Positions 1-8,188 of a DNA stretch of 64,000 bases are shown here, one piece after another. This stretch comes from an uncultured Actinomycetota bacterium. Its GTDB lineage: Bacteria; Actinomycetota; Humimicrobiia; Humimicrobiales; Humimicrobiaceae. A program made the translations under genes and the position numbers. The notes under the pieces are model-generated. The model was not told where the DNA came from. It searched no databases and saw only the letters and a list, made by a program, of their open reading frames with translations. Every line of letters begins with the position of its first letter. Within the stretch, counting starts at the first letter, position 1. The DNA is taken from contig CAZKVH010000003.1 in NCBI GenBank assembly GCA_964556165.1, positions 16,270-80,269 on the forward strand, in the 5' to 3' direction.

Positions 1-114
1 AAAGGAATGCTTCCTCACAATACGCTGGGAAGAGAAATATTAAAAAAGTTAAAGGTATATAGGGGCGAAAGTAACGTGCATATTGCTCAAAAACCGGAAA
101 AACTTGAAATATAA
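1..114 (+). CDS. rplM: 50S ribosomal protein L13, 3' end (partial)
   Basis: Manual translation of frame 1 gives [37 protein letters not shown], the L13 C-terminal signature. It lies directly upstream of rpsI. Confidence 0.95.
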   Translation, partial: KGMLPHNTLGREILKKLKVYRGESNVHIAQKPEKLEI

Positions 115-129
115 AAAAGGAGAATTAAT

Positions 130-525
130 TTGATAGATCAAGTAGTTTACTATGCAACTGGTAAGAGAAAAGAATCAATAGCCAAAGTAAAGCTAACCCC
201 CGGTGAAGGTAAAATTACAGTAAACTCCAGAGATTTTAAGGAGTATTTTAAAAGAGAGTCTCTTCTAACTACTATTGTTGAGCCTTTTAAACTCACCGGC
301 ACAGAAAGTGCTTACGATGTTATTGCTGATTTATCAGGAGGAGGCATAGCAGGGCAGGCAGAGGCGCTGCGCCATGGTATCTCAAAAGCGCTACTTGAGA
401 TTAATCAGGAATACAGGCCAATACTCAAAAAGGAGGGTTTCCTAACCCGGGATTCAAGAGTTAAAGAAAGGAAGAAGTATGGCCTTAAAAAAGCAAGAAA
501 GAGACCCCAGTTCTCTAAGAGATAA
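130..525 (+). CDS. rpsI: 30S ribosomal protein S9
   Basis: [26 protein letters not shown] and the C-terminal [22 protein letters not shown] start with an AGGAG RBS. Confidence 0.98.
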   Translation: MIDQVVYYATGKRKESIAKVKLTPGEGKITVNSRDFKEYFKRESLLTTIVEPFKLTGTESAYDVIADLSGGGIAGQAEALRHGISKALLEINQEYRPILKKEGFLTRDSRVKERKKYGLKKARKRPQFSKR

Positions 526-538
526 TCGCTTTTTCTTG

Positions 539-1579
539 ATGGATTACCCCTGTTTAAAAATACACCTGGACAGAATATCGTCCAATAGCAAAATCATTAC
601 AGAGAGTTGTTCAACTATGGGTATTTCCGTTGTGGGTGTTACAAAGTGTGTTCTCGGGGATGTAAAAATAGCATCGGCAATGAAAAAGTCAGGCATTACA
701 ATCTTTGGGGATAGCAGGATAGAAAATCTTGAGAGATTAAGAAAATTTTTTGGTAAAAATCAGCCACTTATAATGTTAAGAAGTCCTATGCCAGGTGAAG
801 TAGACAGGCTTGTTGATATCTGTGATATAAGTCTGAATACAGGACTGAAAACAATTGATAGAATTGAAGAAGTCTGTTTAAAAAAAAGATTGAAGCATAG
901 AGTAGTTGTAATGGTGGAAACAGACGACGAGAGAGAGGGTCTTACACCTGATGAGGTGGTTGTTTTCTGTGAGCATATTGTCAAAAATTGTAAAGCTGTC
1001 AGGCTTTATGGCCTTGGAACCAATGCAAGATGTATCTCTGACAGTGGGCCTACTCCTGAAAGCATGGGTATCCTCCTGGATTTAAAAGAAAAGGTCGAAA
1101 GAGCTACAGGAATAAATATTCCTTTAATATCAGGAGGCAATTCAAGCAGCTGGAATTTAGTGGACGAAGGCCGTGTCCCTTATGGGGTAAATCAGCTGAG
1201 AATAGGGGAGGCTATACTTCTGGGCCACGAGACCGTAAATTACAGACCAATAACGGGAGCCCATACGGATGCCTTTATTCTGGAGGCGCAGATAATAGAG
1301 GTTAAGAAAAAGAATGGCAGGGTAGACAGGGTAATCCTGGCTCTCGGTCTTCAGGATGTTGATAAAAGTAATATATATCCCCTTGATCCCGATTTATATG
1401 TTAAGGGCCAGAGCAGCGACCATACTATTCTGGGGATAAAAGAATCTGGTTCCAGGAAAAATATAAATAGTTTTTTAACATTGCAAACTGGTGATATAAT
1501 TTCTTTCAAGCTTAATTATTTTGGATTAATGTCATGCATGACTTCACCTTTTGTAAAGAAGAAATATATAGAAGGATGA
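539..1579 (+). CDS. PLP-dependent amino-acid racemase, ornithine racemase (Orr)/YhfX family (fold type III)
   Basis: VTKC (PLP lysine), DSRIENL, ISGGNSSS, LRIGEAILLG and GQSSDH motifs. Start placed at ATG 539 (MDYPCLKIHL) because the longer ORF overlaps rpsI. Confidence 0.8.
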   Translation: MDYPCLKIHLDRISSNSKIITESCSTMGISVVGVTKCVLGDVKIASAMKKSGITIFGDSRIENLERLRKFFGKNQPLIMLRSPMPGEVDRLVDICDISLNTGLKTIDRIEEVCLKKRLKHRVVVMVETDDEREGLTPDEVVVFCEHIVKNCKAVRLYGLGTNARCISDSGPTPESMGILLDLKEKVERATGINIPLISGGNSSSWNLVDEGRVPYGVNQLRIGEAILLGHETVNYRPITGAHTDAFILEAQIIEVKKKNGRVDRVILALGLQDVDKSNIYPLDPDLYVKGQSSDHTILGIKESGSRKNINSFLTLQTGDIISFKLNYFGLMSCMTSPFVKKKYIEG

Positions 1580-1618
1580 GTTAATTTTAGAATAAAAAAA
1601 TTTTTAAAGGAGATTAAT

Positions 1619-2431
1619 ATGTTAAGTGCTGATGATTTTTTCGATCTTTCGCTGACCCCCTTTAAAAGTCTATTTGATGATACTGAATACGCCTGGGATG
1701 CACTCAAGAAAATAAAAGAATATATATATGAAAATATCAGGCCAAATGTTATTGATTTAAGGAATGGCGAGGTAGTTATCAGTAAGACGCGTGTTTTGTA
1801 TAATGGTGAAGTTTTTGAGAAGGGCTTTGATATAGATCTATCAAAAAAGAAACCCCTGGTAATTAAAAATAATAAGATTCTTGATGAGGCAAGTATAATA
1901 TATGCTGGCGCAATCCTGATGGATGACAATATATCAATTGGCAGGGGGACAGTTGTAGAGCCCGGAGTACTTATAAAGGGGCCTGCTATCATTGGTGATA
2001 ATACGGAATTACGCCAGGGAGCTTATTTAAGGGGGTTTACACTGGTTGGAAATGGGTGTGTAGTTGGCCATACAACAGAATTAAAATCCTGTGTTATGCT
2101 TGGTGAAAGCAAGGCAGGACATTTCGCGTATATTGGTGATAGTATCCTTGGAAAAGTAAATCTTGGAGCAGGAACGAAGCTTGCAAATTTAAAGATAGTT
2201 GAATCAAGTGTTAATGTTGATATAAATGGTAAGAAATATGAAACGGGCCTGAGAAAGTTCGGGGCAATACTTGCAGATGGCGTAGAAACAGGATGTAATA
2301 GCGTAACCACCCCGGGGACTATTCTGGCGCGGAATGTACTTTTATATCCTAATATAACTGCCAGAGGTTATTATCCGCCTGAGACTATAATAAAATTGAG
2401 GCAGAATCAGGAAAAAAAGCAGAGGATGTAG
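1619..2431 (+). CDS. Stand-alone left-handed beta-helix acetyltransferase, GlmU C-terminal/archaeal GlmU-like (probable glucosamine-1-phosphate N-acetyltransferase)
   Basis: Hexapeptide repeats plus HFAYIGDSILG, NLGAGT and RKFGAILADGVETGCNSV. No N-terminal GT-A pyrophosphorylase domain (no LAAG-G-R motif). Adjacent to glmM. Confidence 0.75.
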   Translation: MLSADDFFDLSLTPFKSLFDDTEYAWDALKKIKEYIYENIRPNVIDLRNGEVVISKTRVLYNGEVFEKGFDIDLSKKKPLVIKNNKILDEASIIYAGAILMDDNISIGRGTVVEPGVLIKGPAIIGDNTELRQGAYLRGFTLVGNGCVVGHTTELKSCVMLGESKAGHFAYIGDSILGKVNLGAGTKLANLKIVESSVNVDINGKKYETGLRKFGAILADGVETGCNSVTTPGTILARNVLLYPNITARGYYPPETIIKLRQNQEKKQRM

Positions 2432-2489
2432 TATTTTAAAAAAAGATTGAGAGAATGAGTAAAAGTTTTAGCAAAAAAGGAGGAGCGGT

Positions 2490-3839
2490 ATGAGCAAATT
2501 ATTCGGAACTGATGGAATAAGAGGAGTTGCAAATGAATATCCGATCACACCGGATATGGTTACTCAGATTGGTCAGGCTACTGCACATATATTAAAGAAA
2601 AGAAAACATCGCTCAAGAATTGTCATAGGTAAAGATACAAGACTTTCTGGTTATATGATAGAGAGCTCGCTCGTTTCAGGTATATGCTCAATGGGAACCG
2701 ATGTAATACTTGTTGGACCTATACCTACTCCTGCTATTGCTTTTTTGACTACGAATCTTGACACTGATGCGGGTATAATGATTTCTGCCTCTCATAATCC
2801 ATATCAGGATAATGGAATTAAAATCTTTTCAAAAAATGGCTATAAGCTGTCTGATGAAGAAGAAATGCAAATTGAGGAGTTAGTACTATCAAAGAAACTA
2901 CCAAATCTTCTCGTAAGTGCAGAGAACCTTGGACATGTATCAAGAGAGGAGGATGCAGGAGGAAGATATATAGTATTTCTTAAAAACTCTTTTCCAGAGA
3001 ATCTTGACCTCGAAGGGATGAAAATAGTTCTTGATTGCGCAAACGGAGCTACTTATAAGGTAGCGCCGGTACTATTTGAAGAGATGAGAGCGGAAGTTAT
3101 TGCTTTAAATATCTCTCCTGATGGTAGAAACATTAATCTGAATTGCGGCTCTCTTTATACAGAAAATCTTGCGGAAAAGGTGGTAGAAACTGGCTCGGAT
3201 ATAGGGCTGGCTTTTGATGGCGATGGGGACAGGCTGATAGCTGTTGATGAGAAGGGCAATATAGTAAATGGTGATAAAATAATTGCAATATGTGCCAGGA
3301 GTTTAAAAAACGAGAAAAAGTTAAAAAATAATACTGTAGTAACAACTGTTATGAGTAATCTGGGGCTTTCAGTGGCATTTAAGGAGATGGGCATAAAAAA
3401 TATAACCACAAAAGTTGGCGATAGGTATGTACTTGAGGAAATGGTAAAAAATGATTGTATCCTTGGAGGAGAAGACTCCGGTCATGTAATTTTTAAGGAA
3501 CACCATACAACTGGAGACGGCATCTTAAGCGCGCTGCAGCTGCTGGCTGTTATGAGGAAAGAAAAGAAATCTCTTTCTGAGTTATCTAAGGTTATGAAAA
3601 CTTTCCCCCAGGTTTTGATAAATGTAAGAGTAAAGAGAAAGGCTCCACTTGAAGAAATACCTGAATTAAAGAAGGTGATATCAGATGTCGAGGCAGAGCT
3701 TGCCGGAAAAGGAAGAGTGCTTGTAAGATATTCAGGTACCCAGCCAGTCTGCAGGGTTATGCTTGAAGGTTCTGATAAAGATGAAACCCAGAGACTCGCA
3801 GATAAAATAGCAAGAGTCGTAGAAGAGAAATTAAATTAG
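2490..3839 (+). CDS. glmM: Phosphoglucosamine mutase
   Basis: LFGTDGIRG, SASHNP (phosphoserine), AFDGDGDR, VGDRYV, GGEDSGH and VLVRYSGT motifs. Confidence 0.96.
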   Translation: MSKLFGTDGIRGVANEYPITPDMVTQIGQATAHILKKRKHRSRIVIGKDTRLSGYMIESSLVSGICSMGTDVILVGPIPTPAIAFLTTNLDTDAGIMISASHNPYQDNGIKIFSKNGYKLSDEEEMQIEELVLSKKLPNLLVSAENLGHVSREEDAGGRYIVFLKNSFPENLDLEGMKIVLDCANGATYKVAPVLFEEMRAEVIALNISPDGRNINLNCGSLYTENLAEKVVETGSDIGLAFDGDGDRLIAVDEKGNIVNGDKIIAICARSLKNEKKLKNNTVVTTVMSNLGLSVAFKEMGIKNITTKVGDRYVLEEMVKNDCILGGEDSGHVIFKEHHTTGDGILSALQLLAVMRKEKKSLSELSKVMKTFPQVLINVRVKRKAPLEEIPELKKVISDVEAELAGKGRVLVRYSGTQPVCRVMLEGSDKDETQRLADKIARVVEEKLN

Positions 3840-3931
3840 AAGAACTAAAGCTTCTAAATTCACTTGACTTCTTTTTTAACTGTAAAGACGGATTAAAGAA
3901 AACGCTGCTGGCTTTAAAGATACGGAAAAAC

Positions 3932-4846
3932 ATGTGCGGGTTAGAGATTCATAAAATCGAAGAAATCTTGGGAAAGACGGGGCCTCTTACAGGCAGGGAG
4001 TTATGCAACTTCTCCGGGATGGACGAACTTTCCCTCTGGCAAATATGTAATAAATCAAATGAGATTGTTTTGAAAATTGCAGGCAGGAGATATTTACGAC
4101 TTGACGGTTTCGTTAAAGGATATGCAAGGCTCTCCCCATCAATAAAACGTGAATTTCTGACATATACGATAGCTGGTCTGAAAAAAGATTCAAAAAAAAT
4201 AAATGATAGGGTTAATTTAATTTTTGAGGGGATAAAAAACATTAGCAGGCAAAAACTGGAGCTTGCCCGCATAGTAGTTAATAAAATAGTTAAAAAACAG
4301 AGTAATCCGGAAGTGGTAGAAAATCACTCATGTTTTATAATTGCAGGAGATGTAGTTTACATGATGGCTCATTCCGAGCCGAGGCCGGAGGTTTCAACCA
4401 GTGAGATGGTTAGAGGTTCTGACCTTGACATCATAGTAGTTACGGAAAGCTTACCCGATAGTTTAGCAAAAGAACTTGACCAATCAATTTACAAGGAAAA
4501 ATATTATCTGATAAAGAATCCTACTTACAGGGAAGAGATAGACTATATTATTAAGGATATTGAAAAGGTAAGAAAACAGCTGAATTTTAATACTTTTAAA
4601 TTCAAAGTAGCATCAAAAATTTTATGTGAAGGAAAGTATCTTTATGGAAGCAGAGAGATTTTTAATGAAATCGGAAGTATGCTTTTGAAAAGGAAAATTC
4701 CTGAGAAATTGCGCGCCCTTGAAGATGAAGCAATAATTAATAGAGAAAAAGCGGAATCCTATCTACTTGAGAATACGGAAATGCTTCAGGAAGAAGAATA
4801 TATGAAACTTTTTTATACAAGTCAGGAAAAAGAGGAAATCTTTTAA
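3932..4846 (+). CDS. Uncharacterised protein with a putative N-terminal wHTH and a Pol-beta superfamily nucleotidyltransferase motif
   Basis: FIIAGD..RGSDLDIIVV..EEIDYII resembles the hG[GS]..DxD..D catalytic triad. The N-terminal ILGKTGPLTGRELCNFSGMDELSLW looks HTH-like. Confidence 0.6.
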   Translation: MCGLEIHKIEEILGKTGPLTGRELCNFSGMDELSLWQICNKSNEIVLKIAGRRYLRLDGFVKGYARLSPSIKREFLTYTIAGLKKDSKKINDRVNLIFEGIKNISRQKLELARIVVNKIVKKQSNPEVVENHSCFIIAGDVVYMMAHSEPRPEVSTSEMVRGSDLDIIVVTESLPDSLAKELDQSIYKEKYYLIKNPTYREEIDYIIKDIEKVRKQLNFNTFKFKVASKILCEGKYLYGSREIFNEIGSMLLKRKIPEKLRALEDEAIINREKAESYLLENTEMLQEEEYMKLFYTSQEKEEIF

Positions 4847-4904
4847 TATTAAAGGTGAATATTTTTCACTGTTTTTTGCAATTTATTTCAATTTTTTTGT
4901 ATTT

Positions 4905-5669
4905 TTAAGTTGCTAACTCCGAAGCTGCTTCTCTATCGAGCACTACTGTTGCTTTTCCTCTATATATCTGTATAGCGGATGCTGTGACTCTTGTTGTTAC
5001 AGGGTCCTGGAGGGCTTTAGCAACGATTTTTGCTTTTTTCTTCCCGTTTGCTATCATAAGGAGCTGCTTTGCTTCGAGGATGGTCTCCATTCCCATGGTT
5101 ATAGCCCGGTCCGGCATGTTTTCTCTTTTTATGTTTGCTTTTTTGAAAAAGCTCTCGTAGTTATCATCCATTGTCTGTTTTGTAAGCGATATGACTCTTG
5201 TCCTTGATGAAAGAGATGAACCGGGTTCATTAAAACCCAGATGCCCATCTCCACCTATTCCAAGAAGCTGAAGGTCTATTCCACCTGCTCTTTTTATTTC
5301 ATTTTCATACCACTTACAGTATTTCTCCGGCTCGGCAGTAAGCCCATCCGGTATGTTAATGTTCTCTTTTTTGATATTTAGATATTTAAAAAGTTCTTCA
5401 TACATAAACCTTGCATAACTCTGGTCAAGTTCATAGGGAAGGCTCAGATCCATGGCTACCCCGATGTATTCGTCAAGATTGAAAGTTTTTACCTGTGAGA
5501 AATCCAGCCCTTCATTGTGCATTTTTATAAGTTCCCTGTAGGTACCTATGGGGGTGCTCCCAGTTGCAAGTCCAAGTACACATGAGGGTTTAGATTTTAT
5601 GCAACTGGCAATGATATCCGCAGCACATTTACTCATATCTTCATAATTGTCTTTTATAATGATTTCTAT
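4905..5669 (-). CDS. nagB: Glucosamine-6-phosphate deaminase (probable ATA start at 5669; first in-frame ATG is 5636)
   Basis: LGLATGSTP, TFNLDEY, LQLLGIGGDGHLGFNEPG and AITMG motifs. The frame extends upstream as (I)EIIIKDNYEDMSK behind a GGGAGG RBS. Confidence 0.93.
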   Translation of the reverse strand: MEIIIKDNYEDMSKCAADIIASCIKSKPSCVLGLATGSTPIGTYRELIKMHNEGLDFSQVKTFNLDEYIGVAMDLSLPYELDQSYARFMYEELFKYLNIKKENINIPDGLTAEPEKYCKWYENEIKRAGGIDLQLLGIGGDGHLGFNEPGSSLSSRTRVISLTKQTMDDNYESFFKKANIKRENMPDRAITMGMETILEAKQLLMIANGKKKAKIVAKALQDPVTTRVTASAIQIYRGKATVVLDREAASELAT

Positions 5670-5894
5670 TTTTACCTCCCTGTTAAAATTGATAGAAAAA
5701 TATGTTGATTATTATTACTGTTTTTTGTAACTTTGTACAGGAAACTGTCTTTGACATAATAAATTCTTAGTTTCTGCATCTGTTATTATAATATTTTTTA
5801 TTATAATTTTATAGAATTAAGTGTATGATATTTTGATTATTAAATTTATAATTGAATGTAAGATTTTTTAAATTTACAAATCTGGAGGGTGTCT

Positions 5895-7748
5895 GTGTGC
5901 GGGATTGTTGCATATGTTGGAAGTAAAAAATGTAAAAATATTTTGATAAACGGACTAAAGAGACTGGAGTACAGGGGCTATGACTCTTCGGGCATAGCTA
6001 TAATACCGGATAATGATAACAGGAAAGGCAACCCTGCAAATAACAAAATAAAGATTGTAAAGGAAGCCGGTAAAATAAACACGCTAGAGCACGAAATAAA
6101 TAATCTGGAAATAGATGGCACCTGCGGGATAGGTCATACTAGGTGGGCTACTCACGGTGGACCGACCAGGTTAAATGCTCATCCTCATTCGGCGGATAAT
6201 GATAGTATTGCCGTAGTTCATAATGGAATAATAGAAAATTACACAGATTTAAAAGAAGAGCTTGAAAGGGAAGGGCATAAATTTATGTCAGAGACCGACA
6301 CGGAAGTAATACCCCATTTATTGCAAAAATACTATAGTGGTGACATGCTCAGGGCGATGCAGAAGGTTGTAAAAAAAATCAAAGGTTCAGGAGCAATTGT
6401 AGCCATATCGAAATATAATCCAGAAGAACTCATAGGTGCGAGAATATTCAGCCCGCTTATTGTGGGTATATCAAAGAGTGGTAATTTTTTTGCCTCGGAT
6501 ATACCGGCAGTTCTGGGTTATGCGGATGATTTTATAGTGATTAACGATTTTGAGACCGTCAGGCTTACCAGAGATAATGTTGAAATTTATGACAGGGAAG
6601 GCAAACAGGTAAGAAGGAAGCCTTTTAAAGTTGACTGGGATATTTTAAGTGCCGAAAAGGGCGGTTATGAAGATTTTATGTTAAAAGAAATTTTCGAGCA
6701 GCCCTATGGAGTAAGGGAGACAATGAGAGGCAGGCTCTCAAATGGAAGGCTTATTTTTGATGAGCTTAACCTGTCAAACGAAGAGATTAAGAATTTAGAA
6801 AAAGTGCAGATAATAGCCTGCGGGACATCCTATCATGCAGCGTTAATAGGCAAACAGGTAATAGAAAAATGGGCAGGGATTCCCGTTGAGGTAGATTTTT
6901 CTTCAGAATATAGATACAGAGATGCACTGGTCGGGAAGAATTGTTTATTTATAGCTATAACACAGTCAGGTGAAACAGTGGATACCCTTGCCGCAATAAG
7001 GGGAGCAAAGTCAAAAGGGGCGAGGCTGGTGGCTATAACAAATGTTACCGGGAGCTCGGTATCGAGAGAAGCAGATTCTGTGATATACACCCATGCAGGT
7101 CCGGAGATAGGTGTTTGTGCTACAAAAACTTTTACTGCTCAAATTATTGTTATGTATCTTATAGCGCTGTATCTCGCAAGAGCAAATGGCAGTATAGATA
7201 AAAGCAAATTTAAAAAAATAATAAATGAACTTGAAATTATACCTGATAAGATACAGAGCATACTGGACGAAGCGGGAAAGATAAAGAGAATTGCTGATAA
7301 AACTTATAAATATACCTGTTTTTTGTTTATGGGAAGGATTTTCGGTCTGCCGTCTGCTCTTGAAGGCGCATTAAAGTTAAAAGAAATTTCTTATATCCAT
7401 GCGGAAGGATATCCGGCCGGTGAAATGAAACATGGCCCCATAGCACTTACTGATAATAAAACAGTGGTAGTGGGAATTATGCCTGTTGATTCGGTCTATG
7501 ATAAAATGTTAAGCAATATTCAGGAAGTAAGGGCAAGAAAAGCCACTATTTTTTCTATAGTAAGCAAGAATGACAAAAATACAAAAAAATATGCAGATTA
7601 CGAGTTCAGGATACCCGGGACGCTTGAAGAGTTATATGCAATTTTAACTATTATCCCCATACAATTATATTCATATTATATAGCAAAAAATTTAGGTAGA
7701 AATGTAGACCAGCCAAGAAATCTTGCAAAGAGCGTTACTGTGGAGTGA
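5895..7748 (+). CDS. glmS: Glutamine-fructose-6-phosphate transaminase (isomerizing)
   Basis: CGIVAY, LEYRGYDS, GHTRWATHG, TQSGET and PRNLAKSVTVE motifs. Start moved to GTG 5895 so the catalytic Cys is N-terminal after Met removal; GGAGG lies 6 nt upstream. Confidence 0.97.
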   Translation: MCGIVAYVGSKKCKNILINGLKRLEYRGYDSSGIAIIPDNDNRKGNPANNKIKIVKEAGKINTLEHEINNLEIDGTCGIGHTRWATHGGPTRLNAHPHSADNDSIAVVHNGIIENYTDLKEELEREGHKFMSETDTEVIPHLLQKYYSGDMLRAMQKVVKKIKGSGAIVAISKYNPEELIGARIFSPLIVGISKSGNFFASDIPAVLGYADDFIVINDFETVRLTRDNVEIYDREGKQVRRKPFKVDWDILSAEKGGYEDFMLKEIFEQPYGVRETMRGRLSNGRLIFDELNLSNEEIKNLEKVQIIACGTSYHAALIGKQVIEKWAGIPVEVDFSSEYRYRDALVGKNCLFIAITQSGETVDTLAAIRGAKSKGARLVAITNVTGSSVSREADSVIYTHAGPEIGVCATKTFTAQIIVMYLIALYLARANGSIDKSKFKKIINELEIIPDKIQSILDEAGKIKRIADKTYKYTCFLFMGRIFGLPSALEGALKLKEISYIHAEGYPAGEMKHGPIALTDNKTVVVGIMPVDSVYDKMLSNIQEVRARKATIFSIVSKNDKNTKKYADYEFRIPGTLEELYAILTIIPIQLYSYYIAKNLGRNVDQPRNLAKSVTVE

Positions 7749-7754
7749 AATTAT

Positions 7755-8135
7755 ATGGAAATATACGGGATTGGAACTGATATAATCGAGGTTGAAAGAG
7801 TGAAGTCCGCCATAAAGAAGAATTCTGGTTTCTTAGCAAGGGTTTATACTGTAAATGAAGTGGATTATTGTAGCAAAAAAAAGAAAGGTAAATTTCCAAG
7901 CTTTGCAGCAAGGTTTGCTGCAAAAGAGGCAGTTGCAAAATCTCTTGCCGAAGGAGTCACCAAAAATATTTCATTAAATGAGATAGAGATATCAAATCTG
8001 AATAGCGGTGCGCCTTTTGTAAAACTTTATGGAAAAACAGGTGAGTTCAGCAAGAAGTTAAAGATAAAAGAGATAAAAGTATCAGTATCTGCAACAGAAA
8101 ATTTTGCTGTCGCCTATGCGGTTGCGCTGATATAG
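7755..8135 (+). CDS. acpS: Holo-[acyl-carrier-protein] synthase
   Basis: GIGTDII and FAARFAAKEAVAKSL motifs; conserved glmS-acpS-nnr-alr order. Confidence 0.95.
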   Translation: MEIYGIGTDIIEVERVKSAIKKNSGFLARVYTVNEVDYCSKKKKGKFPSFAARFAAKEAVAKSLAEGVTKNISLNEIEISNLNSGAPFVKLYGKTGEFSKKLKIKEIKVSVSATENFAVAYAVALI

Positions 8136-8188
8136 TTTATAATTAAGTAGATTATATTTTTTTTTATATTAAGGACAGATATAAAAAA

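Noticed and set aside
5670-5894. glmS ribozyme upstream of glmS
   Set aside because: The leader is almost pure AT with no room for the conserved GC-rich core or pseudoknots. An Infernal scan would settle it.
5889-5897. GlmS N-terminal extension MSV before the catalytic Cys
   Set aside because: Artefact of the ORF caller. GTG at 5895 with a properly spaced GGAGG gives the normal MCGIV start.
8157-8165. Poly-T/poly-A tracts (here, 21154-21161 and others) as phase-variation sites
   Set aside because: Runs of 7-9 are common throughout this AT-rich sequence and none breaks a reading frame.
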